A DNA stretch of 62,928 nt, the filler included, from Reclinomonas americana ATCC 50394 (lineage: Eukaryota): assembly GCA_048213135.1 (NCBI GenBank). It is 4 parts of 4 records of this genome, joined end to end, with 100 filler letters (N's around TTAATTAATTAA, not from the genome) between each part and the next. Parts side by side here need not be neighbours in the genome. Positions count along the whole stretch, not along the records: positions 1 to 30,273 come from PS015106.1; 3 more parts are not named here. One strand, written 5' to 3'. How positions within the stretch are numbered: position 1 is the stretch's first letter; each line of letters starts with the position of its first letter. This document shows, piece after piece, positions 1-11,507 of this stretch. The notes under the pieces are model-generated. The model searched no databases. It was not told where the DNA came from and saw only the letters and a list, made by a program, of their open reading frames with translations. The position numbers and the translations under genes are program-made.

Positions 1-2079
1 GTCCGCAGTCGGCCGCCGCGCCTGCATCGTCTCGTCGTCGTGCTGCGCTCCGGCGACCGGCCTCAGCGCCCCGTCCGGCCACCGCACACGACGACAAGTC
101 GGTCGTTGAGCCGTCGTCGGCGTCGGCCACCAGCACGACTGCCGCCGACACCATGGCCACGGCAGTGGTGCACGATCAGGAGCCGGCGAGCGCACGCATG
201 CAGGTCCTCAAGGCCAAGTGGGAGCAGTTCCGACGGTCACCAGTGCCGCCACCGTCACCACTCCGTCGTCGGGCAACGGGCGAGCCGCAGGAGGCAGACT
301 TGACGCACGACAGCAGCGGTTTGGAAATGGGCGACGATGATGATGACAGCAGCAGTGGCGGCGGCGAGGAGAACTGGTCGTGCAGCTCCAGCGAACACGG
401 GAACGAGCCGGATGCCGCTACTGCTGCGCGTGGCAAGGCTCCTCCACCGGCATCCACACTTCGTCGCTCCTCGGCATCCATTCTCAGTTACGCTGGCGAT
501 TTGCTAAGAATGTGCTGCCTGCCTTGCTGACTTTGTGTGTTGTTGTAGGTCGACTGCAAACGCCTGCGCCACCGTCTGGACGCCGACCAATGTCAGCTCG
601 CCCGGGATCGTTCCGCCGTCGGTGAGAGCACTCGCTTTCGTGCCTTTTACTCGGCACGTGTGCTTTCGTACTGAAGTGACTCGCAGCTCCGAGTCGACGA
701 GCAAGCTGCCGCAGCGACCGCAGACGGCGCGAGAGGCGCGTGATGGCCAAGTGATTACGCGTGCCAGTGTGGCAGAGGCGTCCAAGGTCGACGACTACGT
801 GCACAAGTTGTACGGGTTTGTGCTCCACGATTTGGAGTACCGCTCGCTCAAGATGAAGCAGCGAACGGTGAGTATTGTACCTCTTCCACAAGTCTTCGCA
901 GTCAGTTGCTCACTCGTGTGTGTGTGTAGATTGAGACGCACTTTGAGCAAGCGGAGCGTGTGATGAAGGACCTGGAGCGACGGGAGCGGGAGGCGCAGGA
1001 GGAGTTGCGCAAGGCGCGCGATGACAGGTCGGCTGCCGAGGAGTCGCTGCGCCAGGGCAACAGGTTTTACGAGGAGATGTTGCTGAAGAAGGACGAGATG
1101 ACGGAGCGAGAGCGTATTGCGGAGGCNNNNNNNNNNNNNNNNNNNNGGAAGTCGAGGCCACGCGTCGTCAGCGTGAAACCGAATTGGCCAAGTTGCAAGC
1201 GATGCAGGAGAAGGCGCAGGTGAAGGCGGCCGAGTTGGAGGAGAAGCTGAAGGCGGTGAATCCGGCCGAGCTGGAGCGCTTGCGCCGTGACGAGATTGAG
1301 TGGTTGCAGGAACGCAAGTGAGTGACGGGCTCTGTGGTCACCGTGCTGGTGTTGCCGACAAAGCTAATTCGTGTGTGACGATAACAGGAGGCTGAACGAC
1401 GAGCTGGAGCGGTGGAAGAAGATTGCCGCGGGTGACTTGCCGCATCCTGACGTGCGTTTTTTTCAACTGGCCTCTTCGTTGCTGTCAGTGTGCTTACCAT
1501 GGTGGCGGTGCAGGTGCTGGCCATGTCCATGGCCCTGCGCAACGTGCAGCAAGGCAAGAAGGCCAACGAGACGTCGCAAGAGTTGTCGTACGAGGAGATG
1601 CTGTCGAGCTTCGACACGAAGAACACATCGGCGGCCGAGATTCAACGCAGTTGCGACTCATTGCCCCTTGTTGACACGCGCAGAGAGAGACGACGGTGCT
1701 TACTCTCTACTCCGCAGAGCTCATGCTGGCCAATCCGGACGCGTGGAAGTTCTTCCTGCCCAAGTCGCGCGAACAAAAGGAGCGCATGCTAAAGGAAATT
1801 GCCGAGATGCGCAAGGATCTGCGCGACCGGTACCACAAGCTGGTAGTGGCGCAGGACTTGCCGCTGCCGGAGCCTGAGCCCGAGCAGCATCGGCACCCCG
1901 ATCGACTGCCAAAGACGAGCTACAAGGCGTCGCCGTCGCACGTCAAGGCACGAGCCAAGGCCCGTCCACCGTTCGTGCTCGACAAGACGCCGCGACCGAC
2001 ACCGTTGCCGCCGGACTGGGAGACAATCAAGCCACGCGTGCAAAGCATGCGAGCTCGTTCCGCATCGCCCGAGTGGTGA
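1..2079 (+). CDS. Multi-exon coiled-coil protein of unknown function; 5' end probably outside the window
   Basis: E/K/R-rich heptad-like exons (KDLERREREAQEELRKARDD; KEIAEMRKDLRDRY) joined by short GT-AG introns; stop TGA at 2077-2079. Confidence 0.6.
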
Positions 2080-2154
2080 TGGTTGAAGAATGAAGTGTGT
2101 GAAGTCGAGGACGCGATCAATCGTCCTTTTCGCGTGACCCGAGAGGAGGCAATC

Positions 2155-5100
2155 ATGCCGCGACTCGTGTCGCGGCTGTTCCTGGTGCTGCTGATGCTGC
2201 CTGCAGTGCTCCTCTCTCTCGTCGCCTTGTGGGTGGTGTACGTGCAGACGCCCACATCGACAGTGTTGCGTCTCTTGTCGTCATGCACGACTTGTCTTGC
2301 ACACGCAACTCACTCGCGACAGGCCAGTCTGCAACCCGACTGCACCATGACATACATGTGGCAAGACTACATCGAGTGTGGGCTCAGCGAGGGCGGTGAT
2401 TCTGCGGATGCGGCTGCATTGCTGTCTCGTCGCAACTATCGCCTGTGGATCTATCGACCGCAACAGCAGACCACCTCCTCGGAGACACTCACCGAGGTGC
2501 ATTCACTGTGATGGTGCCTCTCTCTCTTTCTGCGGTGCACGCACTCATGCCCTCGCTGCACAGCTTCGTCGCGATTCCGATCCAGTCTTGTTCATTCACG
2601 GCAATGCTGGTCACTTCAAGCAGGTCCGCAGTCTCGGCAGTGAGACCGATCGCGTGTGGCGCCACCGTGCCAAGGTGCGACGAGAGTTGTATGTCTCGCG
2701 CGCGACTCTGCTGTTGGTTGTTGACGCTCGCGTGGCGTGGCGATGCACAGGATGGGTGGACCGCCAAGAACGGTGCATCGCTGTTGTGGTACACCATCGA
2801 CTTTGCACACGTGTTCTCGGCGATCCACGGTGCCGTGCTCGACAGCCACGTGGCGCATGCAGTTCTGTCGGCATCCCCCCGTCTCTCCCTTTTTGCTGTT
2901 ACGAGATCACTCACGCTTGCGGGGCGGCAGGTCGAGTGCCTGCAGTACTTGTACCATGTTCATGGTGGACGACCGATCTATCTCGTCGGGCACTCCATGG
3001 GAGGCCTGGTGGCACGCTTGGCCCTGCAGCGCTTGCACGATAGTCCCGTGCGTGCTGCGGTACGGGTGCTCATCACGCTGGGAACCCCACACCGGTGAGT
3101 GTGTTTCATAGCATTGTTGTGAGTTTGAGTTCACTCACCATCCACGTGGCGTGTGCTCCCGAACGAACGTTCCAGGTGGAGCGTGTTGCCACTTGGCGCC
3201 GCCATGTGGAATCTGTACGGCGATCTGCAGCCGTTGCCGTCGCTGGCCAGCATTGCTGCCAAGTATGTTTGACTGGTGACGATGTCCTGAACCCAGTTGT
3301 CGACTCACTTGCCGATGCAGAGAAACGAGCTACCCGCTGGTGATTGCCGTGAGCGGCGGCTTTGGTGACTTTGAGGTCGACTGGCGCTCGAGCAATGTCG
3401 GCCACGTGACGCTGTCGTCGCCACAGATGCGCGGCGTCCGCATGCCAACAGATCACAGGGTCGGTGATGGCGCGCCTCTTGCTTCATCTCGATGAATTAC
3501 TGACGTTGGTGTGCAGTGCCTGGTGTGGTGCAAGGAAATCGTGTCGGCGCTGTCGCGCATGCTGTACGACATGCAGGGCTACACTGGCGTGACGCACGTG
3601 GAGTGGCTGGCCAAGATCGCCACCGACAGTTTGCGTGGCGTTTCACTGGCGTCGGTGGCCGCCGCCAACAATGGCATCCCACTGAATCCCGGTGTGTGGA
3701 GTCGCGGCATGATGCCCTTGTCGCACCCGGCGCATCCCACCGAGTGCGAGTTCCGATGGGTGCGCATGGGCACACCGCAGTGGCGATTTGAGACCGACGA
3801 GTCCGCCGTCGCCGCCACCGTTCCCTTGGCATTCTCACTGAATGTGACTCACTGGTGAGTGAGTGAGGGAGAGAGGGAGGGAGAGGGAGATTGTGGGGCT
3901 GACTGTTGCACAACAACAGTGGACCGTGGCTGGAGGTTCACACCTCGAGCGCCTATCGTCGCGAATTCAACGAGTACAATCCGCAACTGTCTGTGGATCT
4001 GCGCAGTCAGTGGCCGGTGAGTAGCGGCGGCGACACGCTGCGGATGGTGAGGCCTGGTGGATTCATTTCCCTGCCTTTGGCTTGCTCACTCTGTCGCAGC
4101 CCATGTCATCTGTGATGCCATTGTGGGATGCTCCGCCCCCGCCGTCTGCGGAGCGACGGCAGCGACTGCATGCAGCCGGCATGTTGCCATCGGCAGGTGC
4201 ACGAGACTCGTTGCATTCTACGCTGTTTGGCGTCATCAACGTGTCGCCCGTGGCGGAAGGCGGTGCGCAATTGATTGTGGAGGTGCCGGCGACACTTGCC
4301 AATGATGTGGCGCGCACGCATTTCGAGGCGCGCTTGCGGCCAAGTAGGGGTGAGTGGTGATGATTTGTGCTTTGCTGCCTCGCCTCACTCACTCCTGCAC
4401 TCAGAGTTGTCCTCCATCCGCCATTTTACATTTGAGCGCACTGGTCTGGCCACGACACTCTTTGTGCCCACCTTCCGCGTAGTGGTCGGCGATAGCGCAG
4501 AGAGCACACAGTGCGGATCACTGCATCTGGAGCCTCCACCACAATTATTTGACGACGAGATGCCGGCGGATCCGGCTGCCGAGATGATGGCACATCGAGC
4601 CATGACGCTGAGCGTGGAGTGCGATGGAGCCGACGACCACGTGTGGAATGCGGTGGCGGTCGGGCAGTGGATGGTCATGAGTGAGAATCCGCATCGTCCG
4701 CGCTACTGGACGGCGCCAGGGCCCGGAACATGCCGGGCCTCGTTGATTGCCGCTCCCGGTTGTGACCTGACGGTGGGAATGCTTGCAGCTCCTTTGCATC
4801 AGTTGTTGTTCCCTTACCATGAGTGGGATGCTGTAGGTGGAAATGGGTGTGGATTGGTGGCACTCGTCGCGTGAGCTACTGATGCAGGCGTTTGCGCATG
4901 TGTTTGAGTGTCTGGCATTACTGGCCCTTTTTGGTACTCTCTTTGCCGGTCGCTTACCATCGTCGTCACTTGTCGCCACGCTGGCTGTTGTCTGCGCGTT
5001 GCTGCCGACCGTGGACGAGTTCGGCAGTCGGGAACCGCTGGCGGCGTTGGTGGTGGCCGGTGTGGCCGTGTCATCGGCCTTGGTGTTGCATGTGGCGCTC

Positions 5101-5730
5101 CTCCTGCCACTGTTTTGGTTGCTGCAGCTGCTCACTCGGTGAGCCATCCTTCCTGGCATAGAAGGCACTCGTGGTGTACGTACTCACGATGATGCTATGT
5201 ACAGGTGGATAAGACGACCGCCTTCGTCGATCATGCTCGTCTGCAGTGCGGTGACGCTCTCTGCTCTCTGGTGGCTTCACCCCATGTGGAGCCTGCTGGC
5301 CGCCAGTGCACTGTACACTCCGCTGTGCAGCTTGCCCAACAAGCGTCCGGAACAGCTGACGTATCTCCTGTTCCTGTGTGGCGTCTTTGCCGTGCCCTCG
5401 GCCTTTGCCGGCTACGGCAGCATCATGGAGTCGACGTCGGCAGCCATTATTGTGTTGCTCCTTCTCGCATCCGCCACATGTTGCGTCTCTCGCACGCCAC
5501 TTGACCATCCAGTAATCTCACCTTTGCACGTCGATGCAGGGACTCACGTGAGGCACACGGAGCACGCAATGCTCTCCTGCGCGCTCTTCATCGCCTGCTG
5601 GTTCGAACTGAACGCCAGCCTGCACGTCACGTGTAGTGGCATGTACATTGCGCTTCTTGGCGGCTGCGTTTCACAATTACAAAGGATATCTCCGGATGAA
5701 GAGGAGCCGCAGCCTCAGAAGCTCGACTGA
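2155..5730 (+). CDS. PGAP1: GPI inositol-deacylase (PGAP1/Bst1 family), multi-exon
   Basis: N-terminal TM then CTMTYM, VLFIHGNAGHFKQVRS, lipase nucleophile GHSMGG, ITLGTPH, VSGGFGD, spliced DHR|CLVWC, and several C-terminal hydrophobic helices. Confidence 0.85.
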
Positions 5731-5804
5731 CAACGGCGAAGAAGTGAACGCCGCGCCCTTGGTTGTCCTTGTTGTCGTCGTGTTCGGATCTTGCAAAAGT
5801 GGAG

Positions 5805-7687
5805 ATGCGCGCAGTCGGTCTTGTTGTCGCCTGCATTGCACTGGCGCTTGTCGTGGCAGCCATGGAGACACCTCTGCTGCGCGGGCCCACCTCTTCTTCC
5901 TCTGTCGCTGGCACTCCACAAGTCACACTCAAGCGACTGTCAACACAACCCGTGATTGATCACACCAACAGCGGTGCGTGCAGCACTCCCTCACACGCAC
6001 ACACACACGTGCAAGTCACTCGCTCAATCCTCGCACACACACAGACTACCAGTACAACTACAACGTGGCGCTGCTGGAGGTGTGTGCATTCCTGTGGCAT
6101 TGTGCGCTTATTCTCCGACACTCTCTCACTTGCGATCACTGTGCAGGATGCGATCTTGGGCGATGCGCTGCTGGTGCGCGTGCAGAACCTCACACAGAAC
6201 GAGCACTCGCCATACTGTGACACCGTCGAGCATTGTGTATGTGCGCACGAGTGACCCCAATGATCTGTCTTATGAGCGAGTGTCGCGAAGCAGTTGCGAC
6301 AAGGAGGTGTGCATTGTTGTCTGTCTTTGTGTGCTCTCTGATCGAGTCGTTCCACACGCGCGTAAGATGTCGTGCTGGGTCCGAATGACTTTCAGCCGGG
6401 CGGTGCCGAGGATCCGCGAGTTGTTGCGTGTCTTGTGCCTTGTCGAGTGCACAACGATGCTCGTGACTGATGGTGGTGTCGTGCAGGTGTACAACCCCAA
6501 CGACGGCAAGTACTACTGCTTCTTCACGAGTGTGGTGAACGACGGCAACGGCGGGCTGTTTGCGCGACTGGCGCTGGCGACGGCCACCGATCCATATCCT
6601 CTGTTCCCCTCCCTCCCTTGTGCGCTTGTTGCCTCGTCATCGTGGTGCCTTGACTCTTCATCTGTTGCACATCGAAGCCGTGGACGTTCCAGGGTCTGGT
6701 GTTCCCCAACGGCGGCTGGTCCAAGTCTGGTTTGTGCATCTTTGTGGTGTCTTGAGTGTTGCCTGCTGACTGAGATCGTCTCCTCGACGTACAGCGGCGC
6801 TGCTGATGCAATCGAACGGCGGTCTGTTGTTCTGGGGTGACACGAGCATCCAGGTGGCGACCACCACCGACTACAAGTCGTACAAGTGAGCTCTCATCGC
6901 CGATGCATGAGCAATATCTGACGTGGTTTCTCTGACACGGAAGCACGTGTGCAGCAACACTGGCCACGTCTTGATTGCGCCGCGCAGCGACTCGTTCGAC
7001 TCGGCGCTGGTGGAGAGTGGCCCTGCACCGATGCGCCTCAGCAACGGTGTGGATGCACGATGCTCTATTTTCTTACCGCCTGCGCTGTTTTCTGACTCTT
7101 CCTTGACTCGCAGGCGATTATCTCTTCCTGTACAACTCGGCGCGCCAGTTACGTGACGCGAGGGACATACTACTGTGTCACCTGCCCGTGCTCACTCCCT
7201 GCCCCGCAGATGGTCCGACCCGAACCCGAAGAATTACAATCTGCAGGTGCGGATTCACGAACCCTGTCTCTCTCTGAGCAATGCTTACTCAGTCACCCTG
7301 TGCAGTACAATCTTGGCTACGTGATCCTCGACGGCGGCGACCCCACCATTGTCAAGCAGCGCAGGTTCACCCCAAGCAGCATCGATCGTCGACACCTTGT
7401 TCATTCGCTCACTTGTATGGCTTGTATCGCAGCGACACGCCGATCCTGTCACCCGAGCTCGACTGGGAGACATGCGACAATGAGTCGGGCATCCTGGGTC
7501 TCACGCCGAATGTGGTCTTTGTGGAAGGTCAGTCCCTTCTTGAAACGCATGCTGGAACAAGATGCAAAAGAACTCACCGCATCACACAGGCTGGAAGCGC
7601 ATCGGCACCAGCGACACCTTCCTGGTGCCCTACCAGGGCTGCGACTCGCGCGTGGGCGTCGCACAAATCACCGTCACCTTCTCTTGA
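5805..7687 (+). CDS. Secreted GH130-like five-bladed beta-propeller glycosidase/mannoside phosphorylase; about 13 exons, one U12 intron, one apparent frameshift near 6215
   Basis: Signal peptide MRAVGLVVACIALALVVAA; spliced motifs YNYN, LLVRVQ, GAEDPRVVY, WSKS, FDSALVESGPAP, YLFLYNS, YNLGYVILD, PILSPELDWE, PNVVFVEG, YQGCDSRVG. Confidence 0.75.
6594..6670 (+). other. U12-type (minor spliceosome) AT-AC intron, 77 nt
   Basis: Donor ATATCCTC at 6594, branch CCTTGAC at 6648-6654, ends GCAC at 6670; removal gives in-frame GAT CC|A TCG AAG CCG TGG (DPSKPW). Confidence 0.85.
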
Positions 7688-7769
7688 GCGCGGAAACAAT
7701 GAATGGCGCGATGCTCGCTGTGAAGGCGGGAAATCAAATCACAATCACACAGTGTGGGAGTTGAGAATC

Positions 7770-8667
7770 ATGGTCACTCTCAGATGCAAGTTGGTCGTCG
7801 TTGGTCTGTGTCCCTCGCTCACTCACTCTCTACAGTGTGCACATGACAAGCCGCTCACTGCCTGTCTCTCTCTTCTCTCTCTCTCACACACACACAACAG
7901 GCGCGTCAACGGTCGGCAAGAGCTGTCTGTGCCAGATGTTTCACAGCAATGGCACCACGTTTGCCAAGAACTACGTCATGGTGCGCGCCAAGACACTCTC
8001 ACTCTCACTCTTGCTCACTCTTGCTCACTGGCCTTGCTCAGACGGATGGCGTGGAGTTGTCAGTCAAGCCGGTTCACATCCCCGACAGCGAGGTCACTGT
8101 GGAGCTGTACATTCACGATGTGTCGGGCCACGAGTTGTATGATGACATGGTGCCCTCACTGGTGCGTCTCACTCTCTCACTGTTCTTTCACTCTCTTCAC
8201 TGCTAAAGTCGCTTGCAGATTGACGGATTCAACGCCTTCATGTTGGTTTTCGACACCACATCGCCCGAGTCGTTCAGGGCCACTGCCAAGTGGTTGGATG
8301 TGCTGAAGCAGTCGCGACCAGAGATCCAGAATGTGCCTTGTTACGTCTGCGTGCGCACAGGCGTGTGTGAGCCTCGTTCTTACCTGTTGGCGCACAGGTG
8401 TCGTGGTGGCCAATAAGATCGATCTGAAGCAGCGACAGGCAGTGTCACTGGACGAGGCGGCGTTCTTTGCGCAGCGACACGGACTGCAGCTGTTCCTCTC
8501 GTCGGCGGTGCGTGAAAAGGGATCGAGGGCATGCGATGATCGTGTCTCTTATCAATTTCGTGTCGCAGCTGACGGGCGAGGAGGTTGACACGCCGTTCAA
8601 CTTTATCGCCACTCTCTTCTACCGCATGTACTGCGAACAGCTGAAGGATATTGCAGCAATGGTGTGA
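7770..8667 (+). CDS. IFT27: Intraflagellar transport protein 27 (Rab-like 4 GTPase), 6 exons
   Basis: Spliced MVTLRCKLVVVGASTVGKSCLCQMFHSNGTTFAKNYVMTDGVELSVKPV...VELYIHDVSG...VVVANKIDL; no C-terminal prenylation cysteines. Confidence 0.9.
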
Positions 8668-8778
8668 TCGTGGTTCCGCGACAGGCGTGCACCCCCTTTC
8701 ATCCACATCGGCAGTCTCATTGTTTCATAAACGAAAAACCCACCCATTCCACCGATTGTCGGCGTAGCATGCGCGTGA

Positions 8779-11406
8779 TCAGACCCATCTGCCGGCGCCC
8801 ACCTTGAACGCCAGCCAGAAGCCGGCCAAAGCAGCACCGCCAGTCAGCACGAGTCGCAGAATGGTGACACCCCATGAGGGGCCAGTGACGCTGCGTGCCG
8901 CCACCACCGCTTGCACCGCCACGTCGCCAGAGCTGCAGGGCATGGGAGTGAGCTCGTGCGCTCACTGCCATCGAGGAAGTGATCAAAAGTGACGTACCGC
9001 GCCGCGCTTCCTGCGGAGCCGCTGGCATTCGTTCTCCTGTTGGCGGCCGAGGCAGCCAGAGAGGAGCGCATGTCGGCCAGCGAACTCACCATGCGCTGCA
9101 TCGAGGAGAGAGGGACAGGATTGAGTTTCTCTGATTGGGCACAAGGCAAGACGCACTACGCACCGAGCCCTGCTTGCGCAGCGTGGCCAGGTCAGCGGGC
9201 GACAGCTGCGGGGGCACGACAAGTGAGTGAGACTGTGCGTCTGCTGACGCGCGCGATCACTCTCACCTGCAAGATGTGTGGATTGCTGGGCGACTCGGCG
9301 ACCAGCCCTTTCAGCGCCGCTGTCAGCGAGTCCGCCACCTCCAGTGTCAGCTGCGCTCGCGACTATCGAATGAGCAACACGCGACCACGAAGCACGTTAC
9401 TCTCACCACATCAACATACCTGTCGCGACTCATCACGCCACCGTGTCGACAAGGCATTCACAACAAAGGCCACACACTCTGCGTCGGCGATTTGGTTCAC
9501 AGTGGAAGCACAGAACTTGTCCGTGACCAGTGATCGTGCACACATCCGTGCCAACTGTGCCGATGCACCGTGTGAGCGTGTAAGCCGATCAGAAGAAAAA
9601 GTGAGAAAAGGAGACGCACCAGCTGCTGCAGCGGCTCATGCGGCGTGTCCACTGCCAGACGAGCCAGCCGGCTAAAGTACACGCGAGGCGAGTGAGGACT
9701 GCCAAACACCACCGCCTGCAGAACGGTCTCCAGGGTTGCCGACATGATTTCGTTGTTGGCATCCGCAGCATGACCGACGTATTCCACCAGCGTGGCTGGG
9801 GCGACGTATTCCTGATTCGCCACATCACTGAGGCGGCAAAAAAGGGATTATAAGAAACAGCAGCAGCAACAAGAATGCAAAAGGAGGGGACGAAACTCGG
9901 CACTGAGACGAGCTTCACACGTGCGAGACAGGAATTGGAGGGCTTGCGTCTCCGCGGAACCGCCCACCAGCTCCGACACGGGGTGAAGCACATTCAAGAA
10001 CGCTGCGACGTACACACATCGAGATCAGAAGTCGGCGAATCCGCGCACACAGACAGGCAGTGGGGCAGACGTCCACGCAACAATAGATGGCGGCACGCGC
10101 GCTCACGGCACGCTGCTGCTCACAGAACCACAACAGACTCGACATAAACTTTCCATCGACGGGGAAGCGACGCGACGATTGCGACGCCAGGCGGAGGATG
10201 CGCGGTGCCACACTGGCAAAGTCATACGGCAGCGCTCGCACAGCCGCTTGCACCACCAGGCGCAATCCGAGACCGACGCCCGGCAAGCTGTCCGCCACAT
10301 CCGCCGGCAAATGCAACGCCTGCACAGAGCTCTCCAGGAAATCCGCTGCAGAGCCCACCGGCAACGACGAGCAGAAGCGCGCCAGCACACGGTTGACAGC
10401 CGGCGACACCGCCGAGGCAGGGAACGCCGGATCATTCAACGTCGCCGCCGACACATCATACACAAACGACATCTTGTTCTCACACGTGGCCGCCACCATG
10501 CGCAGCTGCTCGGCTGGATGGTTCCGGTAGCCCTCCACCGCCGCCGCAATCGCCTCCTCCAACGCATCCACCCTCAACTGCAACCAGACGCGTCAGCAGC
10601 ACGCCACCAACTTCGTCGGCAAACGACCCACGAAACATTTGCCACGGCCTCGGCCAACGATCGACGAGAGGAAGACGACGACGACGACGAGCCTCCCTGA
10701 TTCTGCTTGTTCTTCTTGGACTTGCCCTGTGCAGCTGCGTCGCACGCCCGGGTCACCACATGGCGCACGGCAGCAGACAACTCCACATGCAACACATACC
10801 AGCAGCCTTCGGAATCTCCACCGTCGTGACACTGTTGACACGCGCCTTCTCCGCCTTGACCTCCGCAATGCGTTTCACCAGTGCCGTAGTCGGTCGCTTC
10901 ACTGCGCAGCCGGCCTGCTGCGTCGCATCAATGCGCTTCATGGTTCCATTCAGTACCTATCACAACACAATGAGCGAATTTGAACGTGCAATGCATTGGT
11001 GATGACGAGACCTTCTTGGGTCCGCGCTTGCGCTCTCCACTGCTTTGCTCCGCTATGCGTGCCTCAAACTCCTCCAGCTCGTCGACATCAAACAAGGCCG
11101 CAGTCTCCGCAAAGACTCTGTGTGACGCGTGTCAGGCATGTCACACACGCACAGGCATGCACACACGCGCGTGCAACGCAACCCTCCGCCACTGACACTG
11201 GCCGATCCCATGCCGCTCTTTGCCTTCTTGCTGGCCTTGGGCTTTGGCACGGCAACCGCCTCCACAGCAGCAACTGGTGCAGCAGCAGCAGCAGCAGCTG
11301 GTGCAGCTGCCGACTTGGCCTTCTTCCCACCGCCTCCGCTGCGTGCGGATGCAGATGAGGCGTGCGCGTCGCCCGGACGAACCACAGACCAACCGTCGCT
11401 TGACAT
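8779..11406 (-). CDS. TMEM214-like protein, multi-exon
   Basis: N-terminal GWSVV; helical core (LEEAIAAAVEGYRNHPAEQLRMVA, GLGLRLVVQA, SLLWFCEQ) recalls TMEM214; C-terminal hydrophobic segment GGAALAGFWLAFKV. Family call is from memory. Confidence 0.5.
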
Positions 11407-11507
11407 TCTGACAAGAGAGAGAGAGAGACGCAGTGCAGACAATTGGTGACATCATCATCATCGTCTTTCGCGTGTGTGCGTGGTGTGAGCAGCTCGTGTG
11501 TGTGGCG

